A DNA stretch of 58,547 nt from Eledone cirrhosa (lineage: Eukaryota), in NCBI GenBank assembly GCA_964016885.1, contig CAXHJY010001718.1, positions 1-58,547 of the forward strand. The letters are read 5' to 3'. Made by a program: the position numbers and the translations under genes. Under the pieces are notes generated by a model. It saw nothing but the letters and a program-made list of their open reading frames with translations, made no database searches and had not been told where the DNA came from. Shown here in pieces: positions 26,972 through 41,990 of the stretch. Each line of letters begins with the position of its first letter. Positions within the stretch are counted from its first letter, which is position 1.

Positions 26972-29900
26972 ACTATTGATTTTACGGAGATATCTTGCTG
27001 AAATTCACGCCACACATAGCCAATGAGTGTCTGCACATGTACCAGTAATTACAGATCGATCCGACCACGGGCGGCCGGCCCGCGATTGAAAAGGTAAATC
27101 CGCCGGCTAATCGTCATTTTTGGATTCGTTTTCTTCGAAGCACACCATTCGCCGGCGGACTTTGTTGACGTTTAACACGGTTTGGTTCCACAGCCACAAC
27201 TATTGATTTTACGGAGATATCTTGCTGAAATTCACGCCACACATAGCCAATGAGTGTCTGCACATGTACCAGTAATTACAGATCGATCCGACCACGGGCG
27301 GCCGGCCCGCGATTGAAAAGGTAAATCCGCCGGCTAATCGTCATTTTTGGATTCGTTTTCTTCGAAGCACACCATTCGCCGGCGGACTTTGTTGACGTTT
27401 AACACGGTTTGGTTCCAAAGCCACAACTATTGATTTTACGGAGATATCTTGCTGAAATTCACGCCACACATAGCCAATGAGTGTCTGCACATGTACCAGT
27501 AATTACAGATCGATCCGACCACGGGCGGCCGGCCCGCTATTGAAAAGGTAAATCCGCCGGCTAATCGTCATTTTTGGATTCGTTTTCTTCGAAGCAAACC
27601 ATTTGCCGCGGACTTTGTTGACGTTTAACACCGTTTGGTTCCACAGCCACAACTATTGATTTTACGGAGATATCTTGCTGAAATTCACGCCACACATAGC
27701 CAATGAGTGTCTGCACATGTACCAGTAATTACAGATCGATCCGACCACGGGCGGCCGGCCCGCCATTGAAAAGGTAAATCCGCCGGCTAATCGTCATTTT
27801 TGGATTCGTTTTCTTCGAAGCACACCATTCGCCGGCGGACTTTGTTGACGTTTAACACGGTTTGGTTCCAAAGCCACAACTATTGATTTTACGGAGATAT
27901 CTTGCTGAAATTCACGCCACACATAGCCAATGAGTGTCTGCACATGTACCAGTAATTACAGATCGATCCGACCACGGGCGGCCGGCCCGCGATTGAAAAG
28001 GTAAATCCGCCGGCTAATCGTCATTTTTGGATTCGTTTTCTTCGAAGCACACCATTCGCCGGCGGACTTTGTTGACGTTTAACACGGTTTGGTTCCAAAG
28101 CCACAACTATTGATTTTACGGAGATATCTTGCTGAAATTCACGCCACACATAGCCAATGAGTGTCTGCACATGTACCAGTAATTACAGATCGATCCGACC
28201 ACGGGCGGCCGGCCCGCGATTGAAAAGGTAAATCCGCCGGCTAATCGTCATTTTTGGATTCGTTTTCTTCGAAGCACACCATTCGCCGGCGGACTTTGTT
28301 GACGTTTAACACGGTTTGGTTCCAAAGCCACAACTATTGATTTTACGGAGATATCTTGCTGAAATTCACGCCACACATAGCCAATGAGTGTCTGCACATG
28401 TACCAGTAATTACAGATCGATCCGACCACGGGCGGCCGGCCCGCGATTGAAAAGGTAAATCCGCCGGCTAATCGTCATTTTTGGATTCGTTTTCTTCGAA
28501 GCACACCATTCGCCGGCGGACTTTGTTGACGTTTAACACGGTTTGGTTCCACAGCCACAACTATTGATTTTACGGAGATATCTGGCTGAAATTCACGCCA
28601 CACATAGCCAATGAGTGTCTGCACATGTACCAGTAATTACAGATCGATCCGACCACGGGCGGCCGGCCCGCGATTGAAAAGGTAAATCCGCCGGCTAATC
28701 GTCATTTTTGGATTCGTTTTCTTCGAAGCACACCATTTGCCGCGGACTTTGTTGACGTTTAACACCGTTTGGTTCCACAGCCACAACTATTGATTTTACG
28801 GAGATATCTTGCTGAAATTCACGCCACACATAGCCAATGAGTGTCTGCACATGTACCAGTAATTACAGATCGATCCGACCACGGGCGGCCGGCCCGCGAT
28901 TGAAAAGGTAAATCCGCCGGCTAATCGTCATTTTTGGATTCGTTTTCTTCGAAGCACACCATTCGCCGGCGGACTTTGTTGACGTTTAACACGGTTTGGT
29001 TCCACAGCCACAACTATTGATTTTACGGAGATATCTTGCTGAAATTCAAGCCACACATAGCCAATGAGTGTCTGCACATGTACCAGTAATTACAGATCGA
29101 TCCGACCACGGGCGGCCGGCCCGCGATTGAAAAGGTAAATCCGCCGGCTAATCGTCATTTTTGGATTCGTTTTCTTCGAAGCACACCATTCGCCGGCGGA
29201 CTTTGTTGACGTTTAACACGGTTTGGTTCCACAGCCAAAACTATTGATTTTACGGAGATATCTTGCTGAAATTCACGCCACACATAGCCAATGAGTGTCT
29301 GCACATGTACCAGTAATTACAGATCGATCCGACCACGGGCGGCCGGCCCGCTATTGAAAAGGTAAATCCGCCGGCTAATCGTCATTTTTGGATTCGTTTT
29401 CTTCGAAGCAAACCATTTGCCGCGGACTTTGTTGACGTTTAACACCGTTTGGTTCCACAGCCACAACTATTGATTTTACGGAGATATCTTGCTGAAATTC
29501 ACGCCACACATAGCCAATGAGTGTCTGCACATGTACCAGTAATTACAGATCGATCCGACCACGGGCGGCCGGCCCGCGATTGAAAAGGTAAATCCGCCGG
29601 CTAATCGTCATTTTTGGATTCGTTTTCTTCGAAGCACACCATTCGCCGGCGGACTTTGTTGACGTTTAACACGGTTTGGTTCCACAGCCACAACTATTGA
29701 TTTTACGGAGATATCTTGCTGAAATTCACGCCACACATAGCCAATGAGTGTCTGCACATGTACCAGTAATTACAGATCGATCCGACCACGGGCGGCCGGC
29801 CCGCGATTAAAAAGGTAAATCCGCCGGCTAATCGTCATTTTTGGATTCGTTTTCTTCGAAGCACACCATTCGCCGGCGGACTTTGTTGACGTTTAACACG

Positions 29901-31052
29901 GTTTGGTTCCACAGCCACAACTATTGATTTTACGGAGATATCTGGCTGAAATTCACGCCACACATAGCCAATGAGTGTCTGCACATGTACCAGTAATTAC
30001 AGATCGATCCGACCACGGGCGGCCGGCCCGCGATTGAAAAGGTAAATCCGCCGGCTAATCGTCATTTTTGGATTCGTTTTCTTCGAAGCACACCATTTGC
30101 CGCGGACTTTGTTGACGTTTAACACCGTTTGGTTCCACAGCCACAACTATTGATTTTACGGAGATATCTTGCTGAAATTCACGCCACACATAGCCAATGA
30201 GTGTCTGCACATGTACCAGTAATTACAGATCGATCCGACCACGGGCGGCCGGCCCGCGATTGAAAAGGTAAATCCGCCGGCTAATCGTCATTTTTGGATT
30301 CGTTTTCTTCGAAGCACACCATTCGCCGGCGGACTTTGTTGACGTTTAACACGGTTTGGTTCCACAGCCACAACTATTGATTTTACGGAGATATCTTGCT
30401 GAAATTCAAGCCACACATAGCCAATGAGTGTCTGCACATGTACCAGTAATTACAGATCGATCCGACCACGGGCGGCCGGCCCGCGATTGAAAAGGTAAAT
30501 CCGCCGGCTAATCGTCATTTTTGGATTCGTTTTCTTCGAAGCACACCATTCGCCGGCGGACTTTGTTGACGTTTAACACGGTTTGGTTCCACAGCCAAAA
30601 CTATTGATTTTACGGAGATATCTTGCTGAAATTCACGCCACACATAGCCAATGAGTGTCTGCACATGTACCAGTAATTACAGATCGATCCGACCACGGGC
30701 GGCCGGCCCGCTATTGAAAAGGTAAATCCGCCGGCTAATCGTCATTTTTGGATTCGTTTTCTTCGAAGCAAACCATTTGCCGCGGACTTTGTTGACGTTT
30801 AACACCGTTTGGTTCCACAGCCACAACTATTGATTTTACGGAGATATCTTGCTGAAATTCACGCCACACATAGCCAATGAGTGTCTGCACATGTACCAGT
30901 AATTACAGATCGATCCGACCACGGGCGGCCGGCCCGCGATTGAAAAGGTAAATCCGCCGGCTAATCGTCATTTTTGGATTCGTTTTCTTCGAAGCACACC
31001 ATTCGCCGGCGGACTTTGTTGACGTTTAACACGGTTTGGTTCCACAGCCACA

Positions 31053-33318
31053 ACTATTGATTTTACGGAGATATCTTGCTGAAATTCACGCCACACATAG
31101 CCAATGAGTGTCTGCACATGTACCAGTAATTACAGATCGATCCGACCACGGGCGGCCGGCCCGCGATTGAAAAGGTAAATCCGCCGGCTAATCGTCATTT
31201 TTGGATTCGTTTTCTTCGAAGCACACCATTTGCCGCGGACTTTGTTGACGTTTAACACCGTTTGGTTCCACAGCCACAACTATTGATTTTACGGAGATAT
31301 CTTGCTGAAATTCACGCCACACATAGCCAATGAGTGTCTGCACATGTACCAGTAATTACAGATCGATCCGACCACGGGCGGCCGGCCCGCGATTGAAAAG
31401 GTAAATCCGCCGGCTAATCGTCATTTTTGGATTCGTTTTCTTCGAAGCACACCATTCGCCGGCGGACTTTGTTGACGTTTAACACGGTTTGGTTCCACAG
31501 CCACAACTATTGATTTTACGGAGATATCTTGCTGAAATTCAAGCCACACATAGCCAATGAGTGTCTGCACATGTACCAGTAATTACAGATCGATCCGACC
31601 ACGGGCGGCCGGCCCGCGATTGAAAAGGTAAATCCGCCGGCTAATCGTCATTTTTGGATTCGTTTTCTTCGAAGCACACCATTCGCCGGCGGACTTTGTT
31701 GACGTTTAACACGGTTTGGTTCCACAGCCAAAACTATTGATTTTACGGAGATATCTTGCTGAAATTCACGCCACACATAGCCAATGAGTGTCTGCACATG
31801 TACCAGTAATTACAGATCGATCCGACCACGGGCGGCCGGCCCGCTATTGAAAAGGTAAATCCGCCGGCTAATCGTCATTTTTGGATTCGTTTTCTTCGAA
31901 GCAAACCATTTGCCGCGGACTTTGTTGACGTTTAACACCGTTTGGTTCCACAGCCACAACTATTGATTTTACGGAGATATCTTGCTGAAATTCACGCCAC
32001 ACATAGCCAATGAGTGTCTGCACATGTACCAGTAATTACAGATCGATCCGACCACGGGCGGCCGGCCCGCGATTGAAAAGGTAAATCCGCCGGCTAATCG
32101 TCATTTTTGGATTCGTTTTCTTCGAAGCACACCATTCGCCGGCGGACTTTGTTGACGTTTAACACGGTTTGGTTCCACAGCCACAACTATTGATTTTACG
32201 GAGATATCTTGCTGAAATTCACGCCACACATAGCCAATGAGTGTCTGCACATGTACCAGTAATTACAGATCGATCCGACCACGGGCGGCCGGCCCGCGAT
32301 TGAAAAGGTAAATCCGCCGGCTAATCGTCATTTTTGGATTCGTTTTCTTCGAAGCACACCATTTGCCGCGGACTTTGTTGACGTTTAACACCGTTTGGTT
32401 CCACAGCCACAACTATTGATTTTACGGAGATATCTTGCTGAAATTCACGCCACACATAGCCAATGAGTGTCTGCACATGTACCAGTAATTACAGATCGAT
32501 CCGACCACGGGCGGCCGGCCCGCGATTGAAAAGGTAAATCCGCCGGCTAATCGTCATTTTTGGATTCGTTTTCTTCGAAGCACACCATTCGCCGGCGGAC
32601 TTTGTTGACGTTTAACACGGTTTGGTTCCACAGCCACAACTATTGATTTTACGGAGATATCTTGCTGAAATTCAAGCCACACATAGCCAATGAGTGTCTG
32701 CACATGTACCAGTAATTACAGATCGATCCGACCACGGGCGGCCGGCCCGCGATTGAAAAGGTAAATCCGCCGGCTAATCGTCATTTTTGGATTCGTTTTC
32801 TTCGAAGCACACCATTCGCCGGCGGACTTTGTTGACGTTTAACACGGTTTGGTTCCACAGCCAAAACTATTGATTTTACGGAGATATCTTGCTGAAATTC
32901 ACGCCACACATAGCCAATGAGTGTCTGCACATGTACCAGTAATTACAGATCGATCCGACCACGGGCGGCCGGCCCGCTATTGAAAAGGTAAATCCGCCGG
33001 CTAATCGTCATTTTTGGATTCGTTTTCTTCGAAGCAAACCATTTGCCGCGGACTTTGTTGACGTTTAACACCGTTTGGTTCCACAGCCACAACTATTGAT
33101 TTTACGGAGATATCTTGCTGAAATTCACGCCACACATAGCCAATGAGTGTCTGCACATGTACCAGTAATTACAGATCGATCCGACCACGGGCGGCCGGCC
33201 CGCGATTGAAAAGGTAAATCCGCCGGCTAATCGTCATTTTTGGATTCGTTTTCTTCGAAGCACACCATTCGCCGGCGGACTTTGTTGACGTTTAACACGG
33301 TTTGGTTCCACAGCCACA
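31053..33318. repeat. Two tandem copies of a 1133-bp 5-mer s-b-cA-d-b
   Basis: Plain 226-bp monomers (TTGCTG, GCGATT, CCATTTGCCGCGG) start at 31053 and 32186. Confidence 0.88.
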
Positions 33319-36300
33319 ACTATTGATTTTACGGAGATATCTTGCTGAAATTCACGCCACACATAGCCAATGAGTGTCTGCACATGTACCAGTAATTACA
33401 GATCGATCCGACCACGGGCGGCCGGCCCGCGATTGAAAAGGTAAATCCGCCGGCTAATCGTCATTTTTGGATTCGTTTTCTTCGAAGCACACCATTCGCC
33501 GGCGGACTTTGTTGACGTTTAACACGGTTTGGTTCCACAGCCACAACTATTGATTTTACGGAGATATCTGGCTGAAATTCACGCCACACATAGCCAATGA
33601 GTGTCTGCACATGTACCAGTAATTACAGATCGATCCGACCACGGGCGGCCGGCCCGCGATTGAAAAGGTAAATCCGCCGGCTAATCGTCATTTTTGGATT
33701 CGTTTTCTTCGAAGCACACCATTTGCCGCGGACTTTGTTGACGTTTAACACCGTTTGGTTCCACAGCCACAACTATTGATTTTACGGAGATATCTTGCTG
33801 AAATTCACGCCACACATAGCCAATGAGTGTCTGCACATGTACCAGTAATTACAGATCGATCCGACCACGGGCGGCCGGCCCGCGATTGAAAAGGTAAATC
33901 CGCCGGCTAATCGTCATTTTTGGATTCGTTTTCTTCGAAGCACACCATTCGCCGGCGGACTTTGTTGACGTTTAACACGGTTTGGTTCCACAGCCACAAC
34001 TATTGATTTTACGGAGATATCTTGCTGAAATTCAAGCCACACATAGCCAATGAGTGTCTGCACATGTACCAGTAATTACAGATCGATCCGACCACGGGCG
34101 GCCGGCCCGCGATTGAAAAGGTAAATCCGCCGGCTAATCGTCATTTTTGGATTCGTTTTCTTCGAAGCACACCATTCGCCGGCGGACTTTGTTGACGTTT
34201 AACACGGTTTGGTTCCACAGCCACAACTATTGATTTTACGGAGATATCTGGCTGAAATTCACGCCACACATAGCCAATGAGTGTCTGCACATGTACCAGT
34301 AATTACAGATCGATCCGACCACGGGCGGCTGGCCCGCGATTGAAAAGGTAAATCCGCCGGCTAATCGTCATTTTTGGATTCGTTTTCTTCGAAGCACACC
34401 ATTCGCCGGCGGACTTTGTTGACGTTTAACACGGTTTGGTTCCACAGCCACAACTATTGATTTTACGGAGATATCTTGCTGAAATTCACGCCACACATAG
34501 CCAATGAGTGTCTGCACATGTACCAGTAATTACAGATCGATCCGACCACGGGCGGCCGGCCCGCTATTGAAAAGGTAAATCCGCCGGCTAATCGTCATTT
34601 TTGGATTCGTTTTCTTCGAAGCAAACCATTTGCCGCGGACTTTGTTGACGTTTAACACCGTTTGGTTCCACAGCCACAACTATTGATTTTACGGAGATAT
34701 CTTGCTGAAATTCACGCCACACATAGCCAATGAGTGTCTGCACATGTACCAGTAATTACAGATCGATCCGACCACGGGCGGCCGGCCCGCGATTGAAAAG
34801 GTAAATCCGCCGGCTAATCGTCATTTTTGGATTCGTTTTCTTCGAAGCACACCATTCGCCGGCGGACTTTGTTGACGTTTAACACGGTTTGGTTCCACAG
34901 CCACAACTATTGATTTTACGGAGATATCTTGCTGAAATTCACGCCACACATAGCCAATGAGTGTCTGCACATGTACCAGTAATTACAGATCGATCCGACC
35001 ACGGGCGGCCGGCCCGCTATTGAAAAGGTAAATCCGCCGGCTAATCGTCATTTTTGGATTCGTTTTCTTCGAAGCAAACCATTTGCCGCGGACTTTGTTG
35101 ACGTTTAACACCGTTTGGTTCCACAGCCACAACTATTGATTTTACGGAGATATCTTGCTGAAATTCACGCCACACATAGCCAATGAGTGTCTGCACATGT
35201 ACCAGTAATTACAGATCGATCCGACCACGGGCGGCCGGCCCGCGATTGAAAAGGTAAATCCGCCGGCTAATCGTCATTTTTGGATTCGTTTTCTTCGAAG
35301 CACACCATTCGCCGGCGGACTTTGTTGACGTTTAACACGGTTTGGTTCCACAGCCACAACTATTGATTTTACGGAGATATCTTGCTGAAATTCACGCCAC
35401 ACATAGCCAATGAGTGTCTGCACATGTACCAGTAATTACAGATCGATCCGACCACGGGCGGCCGGCCCGCGATTGAAAAGGTAAATCCGCCGGCTAATCG
35501 TCATTTTTGGATTCGTTTTCTTCGAAGCACACCATTTGCCGCGGACTTTGTTGACGTTTAACACCGTTTGGTTCCACAGCCACAACTATTGATTTTACGG
35601 AGATATCTTGCTGAAATTCACGCCACACATAGCCAATGAGTGTCTGCACATGTACCAGTAATTACAGATCGATCCGACCACGGGCGGCCGGCCCGCGATT
35701 GAAAAGGTAAATCCGCCGGCTAATCGTCATTTTTGGATTCGTTTTCTTCGAAGCACACCATTCGCCGGCGGACTTTGTTGACGTTTAACACGGTTTGGTT
35801 CCACAGCCACAACTATTGATTTTACGGAGATATCTTGCTGAAATTCAAGCCACACATAGCCAATGAGTGTCTGCACATGTACCAGTAATTACAGATCGAT
35901 CCGACCACGGGCGGCCGGCCCGCGATTGAAAAGGTAAATCCGCCGGCTAATCGTCATTTTTGGATTCGTTTTCTTCGAAGCACACCATTCGCCGGCGGAC
36001 TTTGTTGACGTTTAACACGGTTTGGTTCCACAGCCAAAACTATTGATTTTACGGAGATATCTTGCTGAAATTCACGCCACACATAGCCAATGAGTGTCTG
36101 CACATGTACCAGTAATTACAGATCGATCCGACCACGGGCGGCCGGCCCGCTATTGAAAAGGTAAATCCGCCGGCTAATCGTCATTTTTGGATTCGTTTTC
36201 TTCGAAGCAAACCATTTGCCGCGGACTTTGTTGACGTTTAACACCGTTTGGTTCCACAGCCACAACTATTGATTTTACGGAGATATCTTGCTGAAATTCA

Positions 36301-38078
36301 CGCCACACATAGCCAATGAGTGTCTGCACATGTACCAGTAATTACAGATCGATCCGACCACGGGCGGCCGGCCCGCGATTGAAAAGGTAAATCCGCCGGC
36401 TAATCGTCATTTTTGGATTCGTTTTCTTCGAAGCACACCATTCGCCGGCGGACTTTGTTGACGTTTAACACGGTTTGGTTCCACAGCCACAACTATTGAT
36501 TTTACGGAGATATCTTGCTGAAATTCACGCCACACATAGCCAATGAGTGTCTGCACATGTACCAGTAATTACAGATCGATCCGACCACGGGCGGCCGGCC
36601 CGCGATTGAAAAGGTAAATCCGCCGGCTAATCGTCATTTTTGGATTCGTTTTCTTCGAAGCACACCATTCGCCGGCGGACTTTGTTGACGTTTAACACGG
36701 TTTGGTTCCACAGCCACAACTATTGATTTTACGGAGATATCTGGCTGAAATTCACGCCACACATAGCCAATGAGTGTCTGCACATGTACCAGTAATTACA
36801 GATCGATCCGACCACGGGCGGCCGGCCCGCGATTGAAAAGGTAAATCCGCCGGCTAATCGTCATTTTTGGATTCGTTTTCTTCGAAGCACACCATTTGCC
36901 GCGGACTTTGTTGACGTTTAACACCGTTTGGTTCCACAGCCACAACTATTGATTTTACGGAGATATCTTGCTGAAATTCACGCCACACATAGCCAATGAG
37001 TGTCTGCACATGTACCAGTAATTACAGATCGATCCGACCACGGGCGGCCGGCCCGCGATTGAAAAGGTAAATCCGCCGGCTAATCGTCATTTTTGGATTC
37101 GTTTTCTTCGAAGCACACCATTCGCCGGCGGACTTTGTTGACGTTTAACACGGTTTGGTTCCACAGCCACAACTATTGATTTTACGGAGATATCTTGCTG
37201 AAATTCAAGCCACACATAGCCAATGAGTGTCTGCACATGTACCAGTAATTACAGATCGATCCGACCACGGGCGGCCGGCCCGCGATTGAAAAGGTAAATC
37301 CGCCGGCTAATCGTCATTTTTGGATTCGTTTTCTTCGAAGCACACCATTCGCCGGCGGACTTTGTTGACGTTTAACACGGTTTGGTTCCACAGCCACAAC
37401 TATTGATTTTACGGAGATATCTGGCTGAAATTCACGCCACACATAGCCAATGAGTGTCTGCACATGTACCAGTAATTACAGATCGATCCGACCACGGGCG
37501 GCTGGCCCGCGATTGAAAAGGTAAATCCGCCGGCTAATCGTCATTTTTGGATTCGTTTTCTTCGAAGCACACCATTCGCCGGCGGACTTTGTTGACGTTT
37601 AACACGGTTTGGTTCCACAGCCACAACTATTGATTTTACGGAGATATCTTGCTGAAATTCACGCCACACATAGCCAATGAGTGTCTGCACATGTACCAGT
37701 AATTACAGATCGATCCGACCACGGGCGGCCGGCCCGCTATTGAAAAGGTAAATCCGCCGGCTAATCGTCATTTTTGGATTCGTTTTCTTCGAAGCAAACC
37801 ATTTGCCGCGGACTTTGTTGACGTTTAACACCGTTTGGTTCCACAGCCACAACTATTGATTTTACGGAGATATCTTGCTGAAATTCACGCCACACATAGC
37901 CAATGAGTGTCTGCACATGTACCAGTAATTACAGATCGATCCGACCACGGGCGGCCGGCCCGCGATTGAAAAGGTAAATCCGCCGGCTAATCGTCATTTT
38001 TGGATTCGTTTTCTTCGAAGCACACCATTCGCCGGCGGACTTTGTTGACGTTTAACACGGTTTGGTTCCACAGCCACA

Positions 38079-39437
38079 ACTATTGATTTTACGGAGATAT
38101 CTTGCTGAAATTCACGCCACACATAGCCAATGAGTGTCTGCACATGTACCAGTAATTACAGATCGATCCGACCACGGGCGGCCGGCCCGCGATTGAAAAG
38201 GTAAATCCGCCGGCTAATCGTCATTTTTGGATTCGTTTTCTTCGAAGCACACCATTCGCCGGCGGACTTTGTTGACGTTTAACACGGTTTGGTTCCAAAG
38301 CCACAACTATTGATTTTACGGAGATATCTTGCTGAAATTCACGCCACACATAGCCAATGAGTGTCTGCACATGTACCAGTAATTACAGATCGATCCGACC
38401 ACGGGCGGCCGGCCCGCTATTGAAAAGGTAAATCCGCCGGCTAATCGTCATTTTTGGATTCGTTTTCTTCGAAGCAAACCATTTGCCGCGGACTTTGTTG
38501 ACGTTTAACACCGTTTGGTTCCACAGCCACAACTATTGATTTTACGGAGATATCTTGCTGAAATTCACGCCACACATAGCCAATGAGTGTCTGCACATGT
38601 ACCAGTAATTACAGATCGATCCGACCACGGGCGGCCGGCCCGCGATTGAAAAGGTAAATCCGCCGGCTAATCGTCATTTTTGGATTCGTTTTCTTCGAAG
38701 CACACCATTCGCCGGCGGACTTTGTTGACGTTTAACACGGTTTGGTTCCAAAGCCACAACTATTGATTTTACGGAGATATCTTGCTGAAATTCACGCCAC
38801 ACATAGCCAATGAGTGTCTGCACATGTACCAGTAATTACAGATCGATCCGACCACGGGCGGCCGGCCCGCTATTGAAAAGGTAAATCCGCCGGCTAATCG
38901 TCATTTTTGGATTCGTTTTCTTCGAAGCAAACCATTTGCCGCGGACTTTGTTGACGTTTAACACCGTTTGGTTCCACAGCCACAACTATTGATTTTACGG
39001 AGATATCTTGCTGAAATTCACGCCACACATAGCCAATGAGTGTCTGCACATGTACCAGTAATTACAGATCGATCCGACCACGGGCGGCCGGCCCGCGATT
39101 GAAAAGGTAAATCCGCCGGCTAATCGTCATTTTTGGATTCGTTTTCTTCGAAGCACACCATTCGCCGGCGGACTTTGTTGACGTTTAACACGGTTTGGTT
39201 CCAAAGCCACAACTATTGATTTTACGGAGATATCTTGCTGAAATTCACGCCACACATAGCCAATGAGTGTCTGCACATGTACCAGTAATTACAGATCGAT
39301 CCGACCACGGGCGGCCGGCCCGCTATTGAAAAGGTAAATCCGCCGGCTAATCGTCATTTTTGGATTCGTTTTCTTCGAAGCAAACCATTTGCCGCGGACT
39401 TTGTTGACGTTTAACACCGTTTGGTTCCACAGCCACA
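38079..39437. repeat. 453-bp dimeric run (q-d)x3
   Basis: Type-q monomers start at 38079, 38532 and 38985, each followed by type d. Confidence 0.88.
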
Positions 39438-41160
39438 ACTATTGATTTTACGGAGATATCTTGCTGAAATTCACGCCACACATAGCCAATGAGTGTCTGC
39501 ACATGTACCAGTAATTACAGATCGATCCGACCACGGGCGGCCGGCCCGCGATTGAAAAGGTAAATCCGCCGGCTAATCGTCATTTTTGGATTCGTTTTCT
39601 TCGAAGCACACCATTCGCCGGCGGACTTTGTTGACGTTTAACACGGTTTGGTTCCACAGCCACAACTATTGATTTTACGGAGATATCTTGCTGAAATTCA
39701 CGCCACACATAGCCAATGAGTGTCTGCACATGTACCAGTAATTACAGATCGATCCGACCACGGGCGGCCGGCCCGCGATTGAAAAGGTAAATCCGCCGGC
39801 TAATCGTCATTTTTGGATTCGTTTTCTTCGAAGCACACCATTCGCCGGCGGACTTTGTTGACGTTTAACACGGTTTGGTTCCACAGCCACAACTATTGAT
39901 TTTACGGAGATATCTGGCTGAAATTCACGCCACACATAGCCAATGAGTGTCTGCACATGTACCAGTAATTACAGATCGATCCGACCACGGGCGGCCGGCC
40001 CGCGATTGAAAAGGTAAATCCGCCGGCTAATCGTCATTTTTGGATTCGTTTTCTTCGAAGCACACCATTTGCCGCGGACTTTGTTGACGTTTAACACCGT
40101 TTGGTTCCACAGCCACAACTATTGATTTTACGGAGATATCTTGCTGAAATTCACGCCACACATAGCCAATGAGTGTCTGCACATGTACCAGTAATTACAG
40201 ATCGATCCGACCACGGGCGGCCGGCCCGCGATTGAAAAGGTAAATCCGCCGGCTAATCGTCATTTTTGGATTCGTTTTCTTCGAAGCACACCATTCGCCG
40301 GCGGACTTTGTTGACGTTTAACACGGTTTGGTTCCACAGCCACAACTATTGATTTTACGGAGATATCTTGCTGAAATTCAAGCCACACATAGCCAATGAG
40401 TGTCTGCACATGTACCAGTAATTACAGATCGATCCGACCACGGGCGGCCGGCCCGCGATTGAAAAGGTAAATCCGCCGGCTAATCGTCATTTTTGGATTC
40501 GTTTTCTTCGAAGCACACCATTCGCCGGCGGACTTTGTTGACGTTTAACACGGTTTGGTTCCACAGCCACAACTATTGATTTTACGGAGATATCTGGCTG
40601 AAATTCACGCCACACATAGCCAATGAGTGTCTGCACATGTACCAGTAATTACAGATCGATCCGACCACGGGCGGCTGGCCCGCGATTGAAAAGGTAAATC
40701 CGCCGGCTAATCGTCATTTTTGGATTCGTTTTCTTCGAAGCACACCATTCGCCGGCGGACTTTGTTGACGTTTAACACGGTTTGGTTCCACAGCCACAAC
40801 TATTGATTTTACGGAGATATCTTGCTGAAATTCACGCCACACATAGCCAATGAGTGTCTGCACATGTACCAGTAATTACAGATCGATCCGACCACGGGCG
40901 GCCGGCCCGCTATTGAAAAGGTAAATCCGCCGGCTAATCGTCATTTTTGGATTCGTTTTCTTCGAAGCAAACCATTTGCCGCGGACTTTGTTGACGTTTA
41001 ACACCGTTTGGTTCCACAGCCACAACTATTGATTTTACGGAGATATCTTGCTGAAATTCACGCCACACATAGCCAATGAGTGTCTGCACATGTACCAGTA
41101 ATTACAGATCGATCCGACCACGGGCGGCCGGCCCGCGATTGAAAAGGTAAATCCGCCGGC

Positions 41161-41990
41161 TAATCGTCATTTTTTGGATTCGTTTTCTTCGAAGCACACC
41201 ATTCGCCGGCGGACTTTGTTGACGTTTAACACGGTTTGGTTCCACAGCCACAACTATTGATTTTACGGAGATTCTTGCTGAAATTCAAGCCACACATAGC
41301 CAATGAGTGTCTGCACATGTACCAGTAATTACAGATCGATCGACCACGGGCGGCCGGCCCGCGATTGAAAAGGTAAATCCGCCGGCTAATCGTCATTTTT
41401 GGATTCGTTTTCTTCGAAGCACACCATTCGCCGGCGGACTTTGTTGACGTTTAACACGGTTTGGTTCCACAGCCAAAACTATTGATTTTACGGAGATATC
41501 TTGCTGAAATTCACGCCACACATAGCCAATGAGTGTCTGCACATGTACCAGTAATTACAGATCGATCCGACCACGGGCGGCCGGCCCGCTATTGAAAAGG
41601 TAAATCCGCCGGCTAATCGTCATTTTTGATTCGTTTTCTTCGAAGCAAACCATTTGCCGCGGACTTTGTTGACGTTTAACACCGTTTGGTTCCACAGCCA
41701 CAACTATTGATTTTACGGAGATATCTTGCTGAAATTCACGCCACACATAGCCAATGAGTGTCTGCACATGTACCAGTAATTACAGATCGATCCGACCACG
41801 GGCGGCCGGCCCGCGATTGAAAAGGTAAATCCGCCGGCTAATCGTCATTTTTGGATTCGTTTTCTTCGAAGCACACCATTCGCCGGCGGACTTTGTTGAC
41901 GTTTAACACGGTTTGGTTCCACAGCCACAACTATTGATTTTACGGAGATATCTTGCTGAAATTCACGCCACACATAGCCAATGATGAGTG
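41161..41990. other. Local patch of non-recurrent indels (probable low-quality consensus)
   Basis: An extra T in the T5 run near 41171, AGATTC near 41271, GATCGAC near 41340, TTTTTGAT near 41628 and ATGATGAG near 41982. None occurs in the first 41 kb. Confidence 0.75.
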
